Positions 7,896-17,190 of a DNA stretch of 64,000 bases are shown one piece after another. Source of the stretch: a virus (taxonomy: Duplodnaviria > Caudoviricetes); IMG/VR virus record IMGVR_UViG_3300027365_000007; one strand, given 5' to 3'. The first letter of the stretch is position 1. Each line of letters begins with the position of its first letter. Below the pieces are notes generated by a model, which made no database searches, was not told the DNA's origin, and was given only the letters and a program-made list of their open reading frames with translations. The translations under genes and the position numbers were made by a program.

Positions 7896-7903
7896 TATAA
7901 ATA
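7896..7903 (+). promoter_or_regulatory. T4-type late promoter TATAAATA
   Basis: Exact motif 34 nt upstream of the endolysin start. Confidence 0.7.
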
Positions 7904-7936
7904 CTACCATAACATAATCTTAAAAGGAAATCAACC

Positions 7937-8518
7937 ATGAGAAAGATTTTGAACAAAATATATAATTTTTTCATCCCAGATACACCCATGAAAAAGCCAA
8001 TTGAGCATATATACGGAGAACCAGTCATGAACGTACAGAATATACGCCAAACAGATAAATTATCTGAAAATTTTAAACTGAGTGAATTTACGAAGTCTCA
8101 AACTGCCTCACGAAGAGGTATAAATAACACCCCCAACGATGAACACCTACGGAATATCAAAACCCTAGTTGATAACGTCTTACAGCCTCTTAGAGATGAC
8201 TTAGGCAAGCCTCTGATCATCACGAGCGGGTACCGTTCACCTGCGTTAAACAAGGCTATAGGCGGTTCTGAAGACTCTCAGCACTCTAATGGTGAAGCAG
8301 TTGACATAGAATGCATTGGAATGTCCAATAGAGAACTTGCAAAGTATATTCGTGATAATTTCACATTTGATCAACTTATTTTGGAATTCTATAATCCAGA
8401 TGAAGGTGAAAATTCCGGTTGGGTTCATGTATCTTACGTATCTAGTGATAACCGCAAAGAGGTATTAACAGCATTATCTCAGAACGATGATGTTACTTAT
8501 CAGTATGGTATCTATTGA
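7937..8518 (+). CDS. Peptidase M15 (Zn D,D-/L,D-peptidase), probable endolysin
   Basis: LSENFKLSEF, ITSGYRS, SQHSNGEAVDI (SxHxxxxAxD) and WVHVS motifs; late promoter upstream. Confidence 0.9.
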   Translation: MRKILNKIYNFFIPDTPMKKPIEHIYGEPVMNVQNIRQTDKLSENFKLSEFTKSQTASRRGINNTPNDEHLRNIKTLVDNVLQPLRDDLGKPLIITSGYRSPALNKAIGGSEDSQHSNGEAVDIECIGMSNRELAKYIRDNFTFDQLILEFYNPDEGENSGWVHVSYVSSDNRKEVLTALSQNDDVTYQYGIY

Positions 8519-8937
8519 TAATAACTAGCCCATTCGGCATCTAGGTCAAATGATTCTAATTCCAATTCAGTCATTGCTTCTATTTTTGAAGCAATGACAT
8601 TTTCTACACTAAATGCTTTTTGTACATGTTTGGTCACTGTTGTTGCAATTAAAACCATTTGATTATAGTCCACTGACCGTATCCAACCATTCTGCCCTTT
8701 CCAATCCACGGAGTCGGTAATGCCTGCCTGCAATGCCATCATGGTTGAAGATATTTTAGCAAGAGAACCTTCATCTGTCTTAATGATGGTACCGTTAAAA
8801 TCGACTCCACCTGTTTCGATTTTTTTGCGTAAAGACGACAAACGTTTCAACATTCTTTGATGAGCGGTAGTGATCACTTCTGTACTATCATCGTATATGC
8901 TTATTGAGTGTGTTGTACTTTCAAGTATGTTTTTCAT
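8512..8937 (-). CDS. DUF4376-like tail-fibre-associated protein
   Basis: RKKIETGGVDFNG...TD, VDWK and HVQKAF pattern. Confidence 0.65.
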   Translation of the reverse strand: MKNILESTTHSISIYDDSTEVITTAHQRMLKRLSSLRKKIETGGVDFNGTIIKTDEGSLAKISSTMMALQAGITDSVDWKGQNGWIRSVDYNQMVLIATTVTKHVQKAFSVENVIASKIEAMTELELESFDLDAEWASYYQ

Positions 8938-8938
8938 A

Positions 8939-9391
8939 TTATTCTATAGGCACTAGTGATAAAAATATTATTTCGGAATGGTTGTTGCCACGTTTTTTAT
9001 TTTCATTCGTGGCATAAATTTCAATTTTTTCATTCACAAGATATGGCGGTGTGTTTGCTGATATTTTTCCAATTGCGTTATTATCATAAGAAAAAACGCT
9101 CTTTAAAACATCGCCTGCTAAAGAACTATCGAATACAGTAACATTATCAATGATAATTTTTGTTATTGAAACGCCAACATCACTGGTTTCAATTCCTCCA
9201 AAGTTAAAAGTCCCAGACCCAGATAAAACTAATATAGGCGTATATGTCTCATTTGGAATTGTTACTTGTATAACACCTGCATTTTGTATTTCACTCGTAT
9301 TGTATATGTTAAGTGCATGTACAGGCAATCTTGGAACAGTTATGATACGTTTCAATAAGCTCGATTTTATTTCTTTGTGCTTATTAGCCAT
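8939..9391 (-). CDS. Hypothetical (probable virion) protein
   Basis: ORF track; beta-rich composition; operon context. Confidence 0.55.
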   Translation of the reverse strand: MANKHKEIKSSLLKRIITVPRLPVHALNIYNTSEIQNAGVIQVTIPNETYTPILVLSGSGTFNFGGIETSDVGVSITKIIIDNVTVFDSSLAGDVLKSVFSYDNNAIGKISANTPPYLVNEKIEIYATNENKKRGNNHSEIIFLSLVPIE

Positions 9392-9904
9392 TTAAAGAAG
9401 CTCCCAGTTATTTGAACCTGCATAAATGAATGAAACCTCAGTCATAGTATCTACCGTAAAAGAAACCGAACTGCCTGCGGTAGTTACAATGGCATCATTA
9501 ATGGTGTCGTTAACTGTGATGCTCGCTGAAGTGACCGCATTTGAACTACGGACAACAATTGTGTCGCCCACAGACACGGTTGATACATCTGGTAATGTCA
9601 GCGTTTGATTAGAAGTAAGATAGTATTTCAAGCCAACGTTTAAAGATACACTCGCCGTAACCTCATTATATTTAGGTATGGTTGTTAATGTTTTGACGAT
9701 ATCACCTACTTGTCCTTTTGTAATCGCATGATTATCATTTGTTGCAGTTGCAACTTCAAGAGGTGCTAATGTCAGTTTGTCACTTTTGTAAAATGTGTAT
9801 GTTTGGGTCACAAGATCATATTTGAGCATCCCGCCTCGTTTACCCAACTCAATATTATTATTGATGCTTGATAAATTGTATTTTTTAATAGTCGTTAATG
9901 TCAT
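9392..9904 (-). CDS. Virion structural protein sharing an N-terminal module with the 27122 gene
   Basis: IELGKRGG...LEVATATNDNHAITKGQV resembles LQYGKKGG...VKVADAVDTDDATSLSQV; Thr-rich C-terminal module. Confidence 0.6.
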   Translation of the reverse strand: MTLTTIKKYNLSSINNNIELGKRGGMLKYDLVTQTYTFYKSDKLTLAPLEVATATNDNHAITKGQVGDIVKTLTTIPKYNEVTASVSLNVGLKYYLTSNQTLTLPDVSTVSVGDTIVVRSSNAVTSASITVNDTINDAIVTTAGSSVSFTVDTMTEVSFIYAGSNNWELL

Positions 9905-10013
9905 TTGAGAACCTTTAAATAGTTTTATTATTTACTTTACCATTATATGTGTACATGTCAATTACATAAAATCAATAAATATATAAAACTCTACCATACA
10001 AGGAGTAACCGAG

Positions 10014-10505
10014 ATGGCAAACATAATAGTCAACGCTAACGGAACTGTTAGCAATTCATTTTCTATAGGAAAATCTGGTAAAGGTATAGTTATTTATCAG
10101 GGAGATACTATACCATCCAATCTACTCGGTAACACGGGTGATATCTATATAAAGAGATCGACTGAGCCTTTAATACTAAAGAAAAAATCTACTGGTTGGG
10201 TAGATGTCAACAATAAAGATATTGAAACAGTCGCAACTTCATCAACTTTATCACCAGTACAAGCAAGTACTGTGTATTTAGTAGACTCATCATCTTCTGA
10301 ACTAACACTAACATTGGCAACATCTTCAATGACCAATGGTAAACAAATTGTTTTCAAAGATTCGACAGGTTCGACAAGTACCAACACAATTACTGTTCAA
10401 ACCGAAGGGTCTGAAACCATTGACGGCGACACATCATTCACAATAGCATCGGATTACACCTCGATAACAATTGTTTCTGATGGTAACAATTGGTATATAA
10501 TATAA
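10014..10505 (+). CDS. Virion/tail-associated protein
   Basis: PSNLLGNTGDIYI and C-terminal ETIDG...ITIVSDGNNWYII modules common in phage fibre proteins. Confidence 0.6.
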   Translation: MANIIVNANGTVSNSFSIGKSGKGIVIYQGDTIPSNLLGNTGDIYIKRSTEPLILKKKSTGWVDVNNKDIETVATSSTLSPVQASTVYLVDSSSSELTLTLATSSMTNGKQIVFKDSTGSTSTNTITVQTEGSETIDGDTSFTIASDYTSITIVSDGNNWYII

Positions 10506-10515
10506 GCGTAATAAC

Positions 10516-10740
10516 ATGAGTCATATTTTTAATGATGAGATACAATATAAACGTACTGAACAAGTAGATTCATTCGGGAGACTTAGAGCTTCTACACCAC
10601 ATACATATTTTGACTCTCCTAATGCATGGAAGGTGTTACCGGGATGTAAATTCAAACTTACTGCCACAAATGTAACAAATGGAAATTGGGACGTGTCGCT
10701 ATCATTTTATATGATTAAAAGAAAAACAGTGAACTATTAA
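10516..10740 (+). CDS. Short protein with DSFGRLRAS motif, possibly an internally deleted structural gene
   Basis: The N-terminal motif normally begins much longer phage proteins (recalled); only 74 aa here. Confidence 0.45.
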   Translation: MSHIFNDEIQYKRTEQVDSFGRLRASTPHTYFDSPNAWKVLPGCKFKLTATNVTNGNWDVSLSFYMIKRKTVNY

Positions 10741-10742
10741 GT

Positions 10743-11222
10743 TCACTGTTTTTGATATGTTATTAAATAGACACCCTGTGTCTTCATTTCTTCAATGTAA
10801 TCGAAACGTTTAACTTCCAAGAAGTGTGCCATTTCCGGCATTTGAAGAAAACGCTTTAGTCTTTTCAGGTCAGTATTATCAACTGATACGAATTTTATTT
10901 CATCTAACCTTGTGTAAAACTTCTCAATCAGGGTAGATACCATCTTTTCCATCTGAGATCGATATTCATATGCATCTGCAACCTGTATGGGATTTAAGAG
11001 TTGTTCAATCGATCCAACAATAATACTGAATACATCTTTCGATTTAGTTGTACTGACTAAAATTCTTCCATCAGTATATAGCATGGCAACAAGATATAAT
11101 CCATCAGACACTTCTGATACTAAGGTGAACATTTTCTTTTCAGGAATATATTTCACCTTGCCATCGTTGAACTTTCCAGCGTTACTACCGTATGATGCCT
11201 CGTAAAGATCTGACTCGCGCAT
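10743..11222 (-). CDS. Hypothetical protein
   Basis: ORF track. Confidence 0.65.
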   Translation of the reverse strand: MRESDLYEASYGSNAGKFNDGKVKYIPEKKMFTLVSEVSDGLYLVAMLYTDGRILVSTTKSKDVFSIIVGSIEQLLNPIQVADAYEYRSQMEKMVSTLIEKFYTRLDEIKFVSVDNTDLKRLKRFLQMPEMAHFLEVKRFDYIEEMKTQGVYLITYQKQ

Positions 11223-11225
11223 AGG

Positions 11226-11711
11226 TTAACACCATTCGTCGCTTATCGCTTCGCTATATTCTTCACCGAGCGTTATCTGACCTAAGTCGCTCAACAGATC
11301 ATTATCAGGTAAGTCACCGTCATAATCATAACTCAACGTAATATGAGGCGAATAGTTATCATAGGAGTGTATAAATCCTGCTGCAAGAAGCTCGTTATGT
11401 CGAGATTGAAGTTCAGGGGAGTCTAACTTTATAACCAAGCAATCAGACTCGTCGCCATATAATGCGAACTCAGAAGCAGTTGCGGTGTATTCTAAGTCAC
11501 TACTTGGTGGAATTAGCGGATTACCTTTATCCTCAGAATACACAAGTGTTACATGTAGCGTATCTAAATCTATTGGATTTTTGATCTTCAACTTCTTTAT
11601 TAAACCATCAATCTTTTTCTTTGTTTCTTCGTCTGGTGTAACGCCAAAGTATGAACCATTTTTAAATGATTGATAATAGTATTCGAATTTCTCTTTATTA
11701 AAATAACTCAT
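11226..11711 (-). CDS. acb1: Anti-CBASS 2H phosphoesterase (T4 gp57B/Acb1 homolog)
   Basis: Two HxT motifs (LHVTLVYS, PHITLSY), LVIKLDS, RH, HSYDNYSPH and C-terminal EY.E...W, collinear with T4 Acb1. Confidence 0.88.
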   Translation of the reverse strand: MSYFNKEKFEYYYQSFKNGSYFGVTPDEETKKKIDGLIKKLKIKNPIDLDTLHVTLVYSEDKGNPLIPPSSDLEYTATASEFALYGDESDCLVIKLDSPELQSRHNELLAAGFIHSYDNYSPHITLSYDYDGDLPDNDLLSDLGQITLGEEYSEAISDEWC

Positions 11712-12640
11712 TTCTTCCCCTTGATAAATTGATCATAGATTGTATCATGTTCTTCTTCTATATCATCGCTCCAATCAAATTCGTCATCTTCATTGCATTC
11801 TGATTCTAGCTGTTCCATGATGATAGAGTCGTGATGCTCATTGATATTTTCTACTAAATTATCTACTTGTGTATTTAATAGAATCCCATTTATATCGTTT
11901 TCAGCAAACTCAAATTCATTACATTCTTTAAACTTTACTGGATTCTTTTTGAAATAGTCAGCAATGGCCACTGCGGTTGTAAAACCTATCAAACTTCCAA
12001 TTAAGTATGCATAGTCATCATCAACTTTCTTTTTTAACTTTTTAGGAAGATATGCATATACTTGGTTTGGTTTAGGCTTTGGAGCTTTAGGGTTTTCTTG
12101 TTGATATTCCTTATACATGTCATGCATTGACTTGTACATCTTTGTATATTGTGGGCGGTATTTCGCCAACACTTCTTTCTCAACATCCCCATTCAAGCCA
12201 AAAGATGTTATTAGATCTTCAAAAAAAGGCTTACTATATATCTTGTTATTAGCTTGATATTTTGGAAGCAACGCATTGTAGTGAAAATAATACTGGTCTT
12301 TTAAGCGCTTAGTAATTTGCTTCACCTGCTTTTTCATTTGAGGTGACATACGTGCATTAAACTTCGTAGTTATTTTTCGCATAGCCTTTTTATAAGAATC
12401 CTCAGCACCAGACTTTATATCTTGCATAAGATTCTTAGATTGTGAAAATATCTTTGATAAACTGCTACGAAGCCCTTCATCCAATTGTTCACTTTCCATG
12501 TACATGAACAAAAAAGACATGCCATGGTCGTCTTCAAATATTTCATAAGACGGTAATTCATTTATCTCTTCTATGAAATCATCAGAGGCTTCGTATGAAG
12601 CCTCGTCTAATAACTGACGATATTTTTTAATATCATTCAT
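11708..12640 (-). CDS. Hypothetical protein, possible internal head protein
   Basis: ORF track; LDEA/LDEG motifs; acidic tail. Confidence 0.6.
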   Translation of the reverse strand: MNDIKKYRQLLDEASYEASDDFIEEINELPSYEIFEDDHGMSFLFMYMESEQLDEGLRSSLSKIFSQSKNLMQDIKSGAEDSYKKAMRKITTKFNARMSPQMKKQVKQITKRLKDQYYFHYNALLPKYQANNKIYSKPFFEDLITSFGLNGDVEKEVLAKYRPQYTKMYKSMHDMYKEYQQENPKAPKPKPNQVYAYLPKKLKKKVDDDYAYLIGSLIGFTTAVAIADYFKKNPVKFKECNEFEFAENDINGILLNTQVDNLVENINEHHDSIIMEQLESECNEDDEFDWSDDIEEEHDTIYDQFIKGKK

Positions 12641-12654
12641 TGTTACTCATTTCC

Positions 12655-12879
12655 TTAACGTTTTGTAAACCTGAACTTCTTAGGATCGCGGTTCTTAATA
12701 GCTGATAGCATTCTCTTTTCCAAAAGAATCGCAGCTTCTTCGCCATATTTTTCTTCAATCTCTTCTATCAGATTGATACTCGAATTAATAACGTGGTCAG
12801 CGCGAGTCTTTATCACAGCTTCCGATAATCGACTTCGGCCATTTTCCATTAAACTATCGAGAATACCACCACTACTCAT
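12655..12879 (-). CDS. Hypothetical small protein
   Basis: ORF track; operon context. Confidence 0.65.
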   Translation of the reverse strand: MSSGGILDSLMENGRSRLSEAVIKTRADHVINSSINLIEEIEEKYGEEAAILLEKRMLSAIKNRDPKKFRFTKR

Positions 12880-12882
12880 GTA

Positions 12883-14334
12883 TTACTCCAACTCATCGTC
12901 TTCATCGATAAATCCCCTAAGTCTTGCAAGCTTCTGACTGCCCATACCCGAAGCCAATTCATTGGGTAGCTTCGCCCCTGTTTCTATATCAACTTCGTCG
13001 TATTCTTCATTATCACTATTTAGACTGTTTTGAATTTCGTTATATTGTTTTTCAGTTTCAGTTAATTGCGTCTTCGACGTATTAGAACTACTCATATATG
13101 TATTTATGTTTGCCAAGAATTCAGGATCATCTTTAATCCGCATACACTCACTAAGGAACTTAAGTCGAACCCTACGGCCTGTGCCACTACTGTTACGAGT
13201 TTTTAATACTTGTAATTCATAAACACCTTTCTCGCGCATCGCATCAGTCACAATAATACCTAATACCATATCAGCCGTATTGATTTTTGAAATACCACCA
13301 GCAATATGACTATGGTCAAGATCGTCATTGCCCACAGCGGTACGATTCAATTGTGATGCCGTAAGACATAAAATATTAAATTCTTGCATTACATTACGCA
13401 GCTCTTCACTAACTGCCTTATCTTTACCAAAAGTATCACCAACTGATACTTTTTGAGCAGGTGATAATAGATCTAGATAGTCGATTGCTATTACATCGGG
13501 TTTTATGCCTGTCGTCTGAATATAGTCTTTGATATAAGCTTTAACTTCAGTCGTACATGTACCACTTGGCATGAATTTAATATTCATACGACCGCCATAC
13601 TTTTCACCAGCTTTAGAAACTGCCGTATCTACTGCATCAAGGTTATCATAGAGACTACTAGTTGTTTTCTCCAAGAACATCGCATCCATACGTCTCGCAC
13701 ATAATTCCGGGTGTAGTTCTAGAGTGATATACAGTACATTCTTACCCTTTTTCCAATGATCAATACAGTTGTTTTGTAGTAATAGAGATTTACCTGTACC
13801 AGAGCCCCCTGCATATATAATCAAATCACCATAGTTTAGCTTCCCTACAACACGGTCCAATGCGTCGAAGCATGTACTGATATTACCACTACGATCCAGA
13901 ATATTCTGTAGACGCTCTTTAACGTTTTCATGGTATGGTAAGCCATGATCTTCGATTAGACGAGTTTGCATAGCCTCTTTGATTAGGTTCTCAATTGCCT
14001 CATAGTTTTGGCTACCGAGATAGTCAGAACTTTGTACCACAGCGTTCTCAAGCGCTTTGTGCAAGCAGAATTTTGGGTATTCCTCAATGAACCATTTCTC
14101 AATGGCATAGTCGGTCTTTGATGGTACACGTATTTCCACACCAGTCTTAGACTTGAGATATTCAGGGTCAGGTACGCCACTGTACTTATCACTGTATTCA
14201 ACCATTTCTTCAACTGCTTTTTTTATTCTAGGGTCAAAGTGTTCTGGTTTGGTAATGGAACGAACTCTGGTAAACAAATCTGGACTAGAAAGTAATACAC
14301 CGAGATATAGCTTTTGCATGTCTAAATCATACAT
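12883..14334 (-). CDS. Replicative DNA helicase (gp41/DnaB-like)
   Basis: Walker A GGSGTGKS, YITLEL, IAIDYLDLL, TASQLNR, GGISKINTAD and LKTRNSSG motifs. Confidence 0.93.
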   Translation of the reverse strand: MYDLDMQKLYLGVLLSSPDLFTRVRSITKPEHFDPRIKKAVEEMVEYSDKYSGVPDPEYLKSKTGVEIRVPSKTDYAIEKWFIEEYPKFCLHKALENAVVQSSDYLGSQNYEAIENLIKEAMQTRLIEDHGLPYHENVKERLQNILDRSGNISTCFDALDRVVGKLNYGDLIIYAGGSGTGKSLLLQNNCIDHWKKGKNVLYITLELHPELCARRMDAMFLEKTTSSLYDNLDAVDTAVSKAGEKYGGRMNIKFMPSGTCTTEVKAYIKDYIQTTGIKPDVIAIDYLDLLSPAQKVSVGDTFGKDKAVSEELRNVMQEFNILCLTASQLNRTAVGNDDLDHSHIAGGISKINTADMVLGIIVTDAMREKGVYELQVLKTRNSSGTGRRVRLKFLSECMRIKDDPEFLANINTYMSSSNTSKTQLTETEKQYNEIQNSLNSDNEEYDEVDIETGAKLPNELASGMGSQKLARLRGFIDEDDELE

Positions 14335-15365
14335 TATTTAAAATTCTCCTTAAAAATTCTTTTCGTAACTTCAATCTTAACTGGGTTGGAAATCTTATCT
14401 TTTATTATTCGTTCTAGAACGAATATCTTCCCGTATATCTGTGTAGCTTCACCCAAGTCAAAGTTTTTATTCCAATTGGGGAAGAACACAGACCAATTAT
14501 TTCGTATTGCAGCATCTATCATCTTTGATCCACCTGAACCAAAATCAGGTATAACAATGATTTCGCCTTTGAACTGGTTTATTAGTTCAATTTGGTTATA
14601 TGTAGGTTCAAAGTTCATAGTACCCACGCCGTCATAAAGAAGGGCATCAATAGGGGACTCGTTAACTATTAGATACTTTCTGTCTTTGAAAATGCTGTCG
14701 ATATTGAACACATACTTAGAACTATTTGGGCTCTTAGTTAAATAACGTTCTTCTTTGCGACATTTATCAACCAATCTTCCTGTATACCCTACAATATCGC
14801 CTTGGTACATAAATGGTATTATCAATCTACGGTTTAGCTTATTAGTCTTTGAAGGGCTCCACATGATATAAGGATGGTTTTCAATACCTCTATCAACCGC
14901 ATAGTTATATACATCTAGAAGATCTTTATTGTTGTTATCATTAATTAACTCGTCTTGTATAAGACGACAATCGTCAGGAAGGTTTACCTTCTTAAAATCC
15001 AGATTTACCTTTGGTTTGCTCTTAGGCTTTATATCTAGACCCAATAGGTTATACGCAACACTACTATTCTTAAGACTTTCTAATTGGGCCTTATTTATTT
15101 CAGATGATGGAACCCCTAATAATTCCATGAACTTCTTAATCTTAAAGCCTAGACGTTGGCCTTTTTCTTGTCTGAATTTGAATCGACAGTTAAAACAATT
15201 ATATCCAATAGTATCGTACTCAATGAAAAGACCACCACGACCTTTTACGTCAGGTCTTGCTTCGCCCATATACACACAACAAGGACAATTGAAGGATATG
15301 CACTTCCCGGTAGATCTTGATTTGGATGGGATGTAACTCATCAATACTTGTTTTAATATTTCCAT
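14334..15365 (-). CDS. DNA primase (gp61-like)
   Basis: Zn-binding FNCPCC...YNCFNC, RLIIPF, GYTGR and TOPRIM ESPIDAL...PDFGSGG motifs. Confidence 0.88.
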   Translation of the reverse strand: MEILKQVLMSYIPSKSRSTGKCISFNCPCCVYMGEARPDVKGRGGLFIEYDTIGYNCFNCRFKFRQEKGQRLGFKIKKFMELLGVPSSEINKAQLESLKNSSVAYNLLGLDIKPKSKPKVNLDFKKVNLPDDCRLIQDELINDNNNKDLLDVYNYAVDRGIENHPYIMWSPSKTNKLNRRLIIPFMYQGDIVGYTGRLVDKCRKEERYLTKSPNSSKYVFNIDSIFKDRKYLIVNESPIDALLYDGVGTMNFEPTYNQIELINQFKGEIIVIPDFGSGGSKMIDAAIRNNWSVFFPNWNKNFDLGEATQIYGKIFVLERIIKDKISNPVKIEVTKRIFKENFK

Positions 15366-15383
15366 AACTTAACCTCTATAAGA

Positions 15384-15410
15384 AAGTATCATGGAACCAA
15401 GTATTGTCAA
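15384..15410 (-). promoter_or_regulatory. Candidate sigma70 promoter for primase-helicase (TTGACA-N16-TACTTT, extended TG)
   Basis: Minus strand reads TTGACA atacttggttcca TGa TACTTT, then GAGG SD; coordinates approximate. Confidence 0.45.
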
Positions 15411-15415
15411 TATAG

Positions 15416-16210
15416 TTACATGCGGTTTATTTTGCTGTATATGAAGAAATATTCTTCAGGGACTTGGGTATATAAGATTACACGATATTTGCCTTCAGGA
15501 AGCTCCTGAAAGCTCCATGTATGATTATGCACATTACTGACTTCAATGAAGTCTTCCCATTGTAAATGATCGTTTGGACGGACAGGGAAATACTTACCAC
15601 GATGTTTCTGTATCTTTATTCTTATAGCATCAGATGATAGATCGTTATATGTTTTGAGTTCAAGTGATCTGAAGTTTTCATCGACTTCAACATAATCGTC
15701 TAAAACATATTCACCTTCCACTTCTTCTTCGTGGGCATCTAATCTAAGACTATAGTTTTCATTCATCTTCTCAGAAACGATCTCAGAATAATTGTCTTCA
15801 ACTGTTATATCGCCTTTGAGCATGAAATTATGATCAATATACAATGGTTCCTCATTACCCTCAGCGTCCTTAAGGGATACAAAATAAGAATATCCACGAC
15901 GTGGCAATAGCTGATTTACAAATGTCTTAGGTAGAACAACGGTGTAAATTTTAGCGTTTTCAGTGGGGGATAAATAAAACGTATCAACAATTAATGTAGT
16001 CTCATCGTCAACGATTTTCACACATATATTTCGGTTGTCAGTGGCTATTGAACGTCTATCACGATCAGTTAATTTAAAGTTTAGAACATTATCTAAGTTG
16101 CGATGTAAGGTTAAAGTATCATCAAACATGGTGGTTGTATTTTCTAATCCTTCGTATGAGATGTTCCTAAATATAGGTACAGTTCGTGAATATTTATATA
16201 TGTGAATCAT
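15416..16210 (-). CDS. Hypothetical (probable virion) protein
   Basis: 264-aa ORF with beta-rich composition. Confidence 0.65.
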   Translation of the reverse strand: MIHIYKYSRTVPIFRNISYEGLENTTTMFDDTLTLHRNLDNVLNFKLTDRDRRSIATDNRNICVKIVDDETTLIVDTFYLSPTENAKIYTVVLPKTFVNQLLPRRGYSYFVSLKDAEGNEEPLYIDHNFMLKGDITVEDNYSEIVSEKMNENYSLRLDAHEEEVEGEYVLDDYVEVDENFRSLELKTYNDLSSDAIRIKIQKHRGKYFPVRPNDHLQWEDFIEVSNVHNHTWSFQELPEGKYRVILYTQVPEEYFFIYSKINRM

Positions 16211-16234
16211 TTATTATTTATCCTTGGAGTTGAA

Positions 16235-16606
16235 ATGCTTTTTGATGTTACTAAGATTAAAAACACTTTCCCGTTTATATCTGAAATTGAATCTAATAAC
16301 AATATTTATCATGGTATTATATTAAACTATGACAAGCTTAGTGTGACGTTTATCGACATTTCAAAGATCATAGATAAGAAAGAATTTGTAGCGCTTATAA
16401 ACTTAGCTGAAAAGTGGTGGTGGTATTCGAACAGGTCTATACCATTGAATCTCTTCTATTCCAATGAATCACAATTATTCATGAAGTATGTAACTCACCT
16501 CCCAGCTAAAACATCAAATGTTGTAAGTGGACACGTGGCATCACTTCAGACAATTCTTGACATGTCTAAGACTAATAAGAAAAACCGCACACTGAATATA
16601 TACTAA
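16235..16606 (+). CDS. Hypothetical protein (start re-called at ATG 16235)
   Basis: GGAG SD at 16226-16229; KWWWYSNRSIP motif. Confidence 0.65.
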   Translation: MLFDVTKIKNTFPFISEIESNNNIYHGIILNYDKLSVTFIDISKIIDKKEFVALINLAEKWWWYSNRSIPLNLFYSNESQLFMKYVTHLPAKTSNVVSGHVASLQTILDMSKTNKKNRTLNIY

Positions 16607-17190
16607 GAACGTAGTACGTACTTGATGTAGTTCATTCTCACTGTTATCGATACTGCGTATGCAATGGCATGACTATATTTAAAGTAGAACTCACCATTAT
16701 CTGGTTTTGTATAAAGCGATTTCCTAGCACTCTCTTTATCTTTTATATACAAGTCAAGTAAATGCTTTTTAGCTGGTCTCATAAGGGCCAACACATCTGC
16801 CAAGTCCTTCACTGATGTAGGAGATACAGAATTCACTAAATGATAATGCCTTGCTAGATGGGGCAAGTCATTAACCACTTCCTCTTCTTTGAGTAAATCC
16901 CAATCAACTTCAAGGTTCATCAATGTATCTAGCTGCTTCTCGTTTTCAATATCTTCATATACTGAATTATTCAATACATCAATTTTAAAGAAGCCATATT
17001 TTCCGGTTTCTTTATAGTCTATTGAACACATGTTAGTATTCATAAAAGTAGGGGCATCTTGAAAATAGACACCCACGTTATGTTTTTTGATAACATCATT
17101 GTTGATCATTGATGCATCAACATGACCAACCAAATTTAATAATTGATCGCGGTCAGCCATGTCAATATCTATATCCGTATCGTTAATCAT
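16603..17190 (-). CDS. Miniature DnaE-like (family C polymerase palm) protein
   Basis: DTDIDID, KHNVGVY, FKIDVL, LALMRPAK and FKYSHAIAYA match DnaE motifs PDxDxD, HAxGxV, KxDxL, ALxRPG and FNKSHAxAYA in order. Confidence 0.8.
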   Translation of the reverse strand: MINDTDIDIDMADRDQLLNLVGHVDASMINNDVIKKHNVGVYFQDAPTFMNTNMCSIDYKETGKYGFFKIDVLNNSVYEDIENEKQLDTLMNLEVDWDLLKEEEVVNDLPHLARHYHLVNSVSPTSVKDLADVLALMRPAKKHLLDLYIKDKESARKSLYTKPDNGEFYFKYSHAIAYAVSITVRMNYIKYVLRS

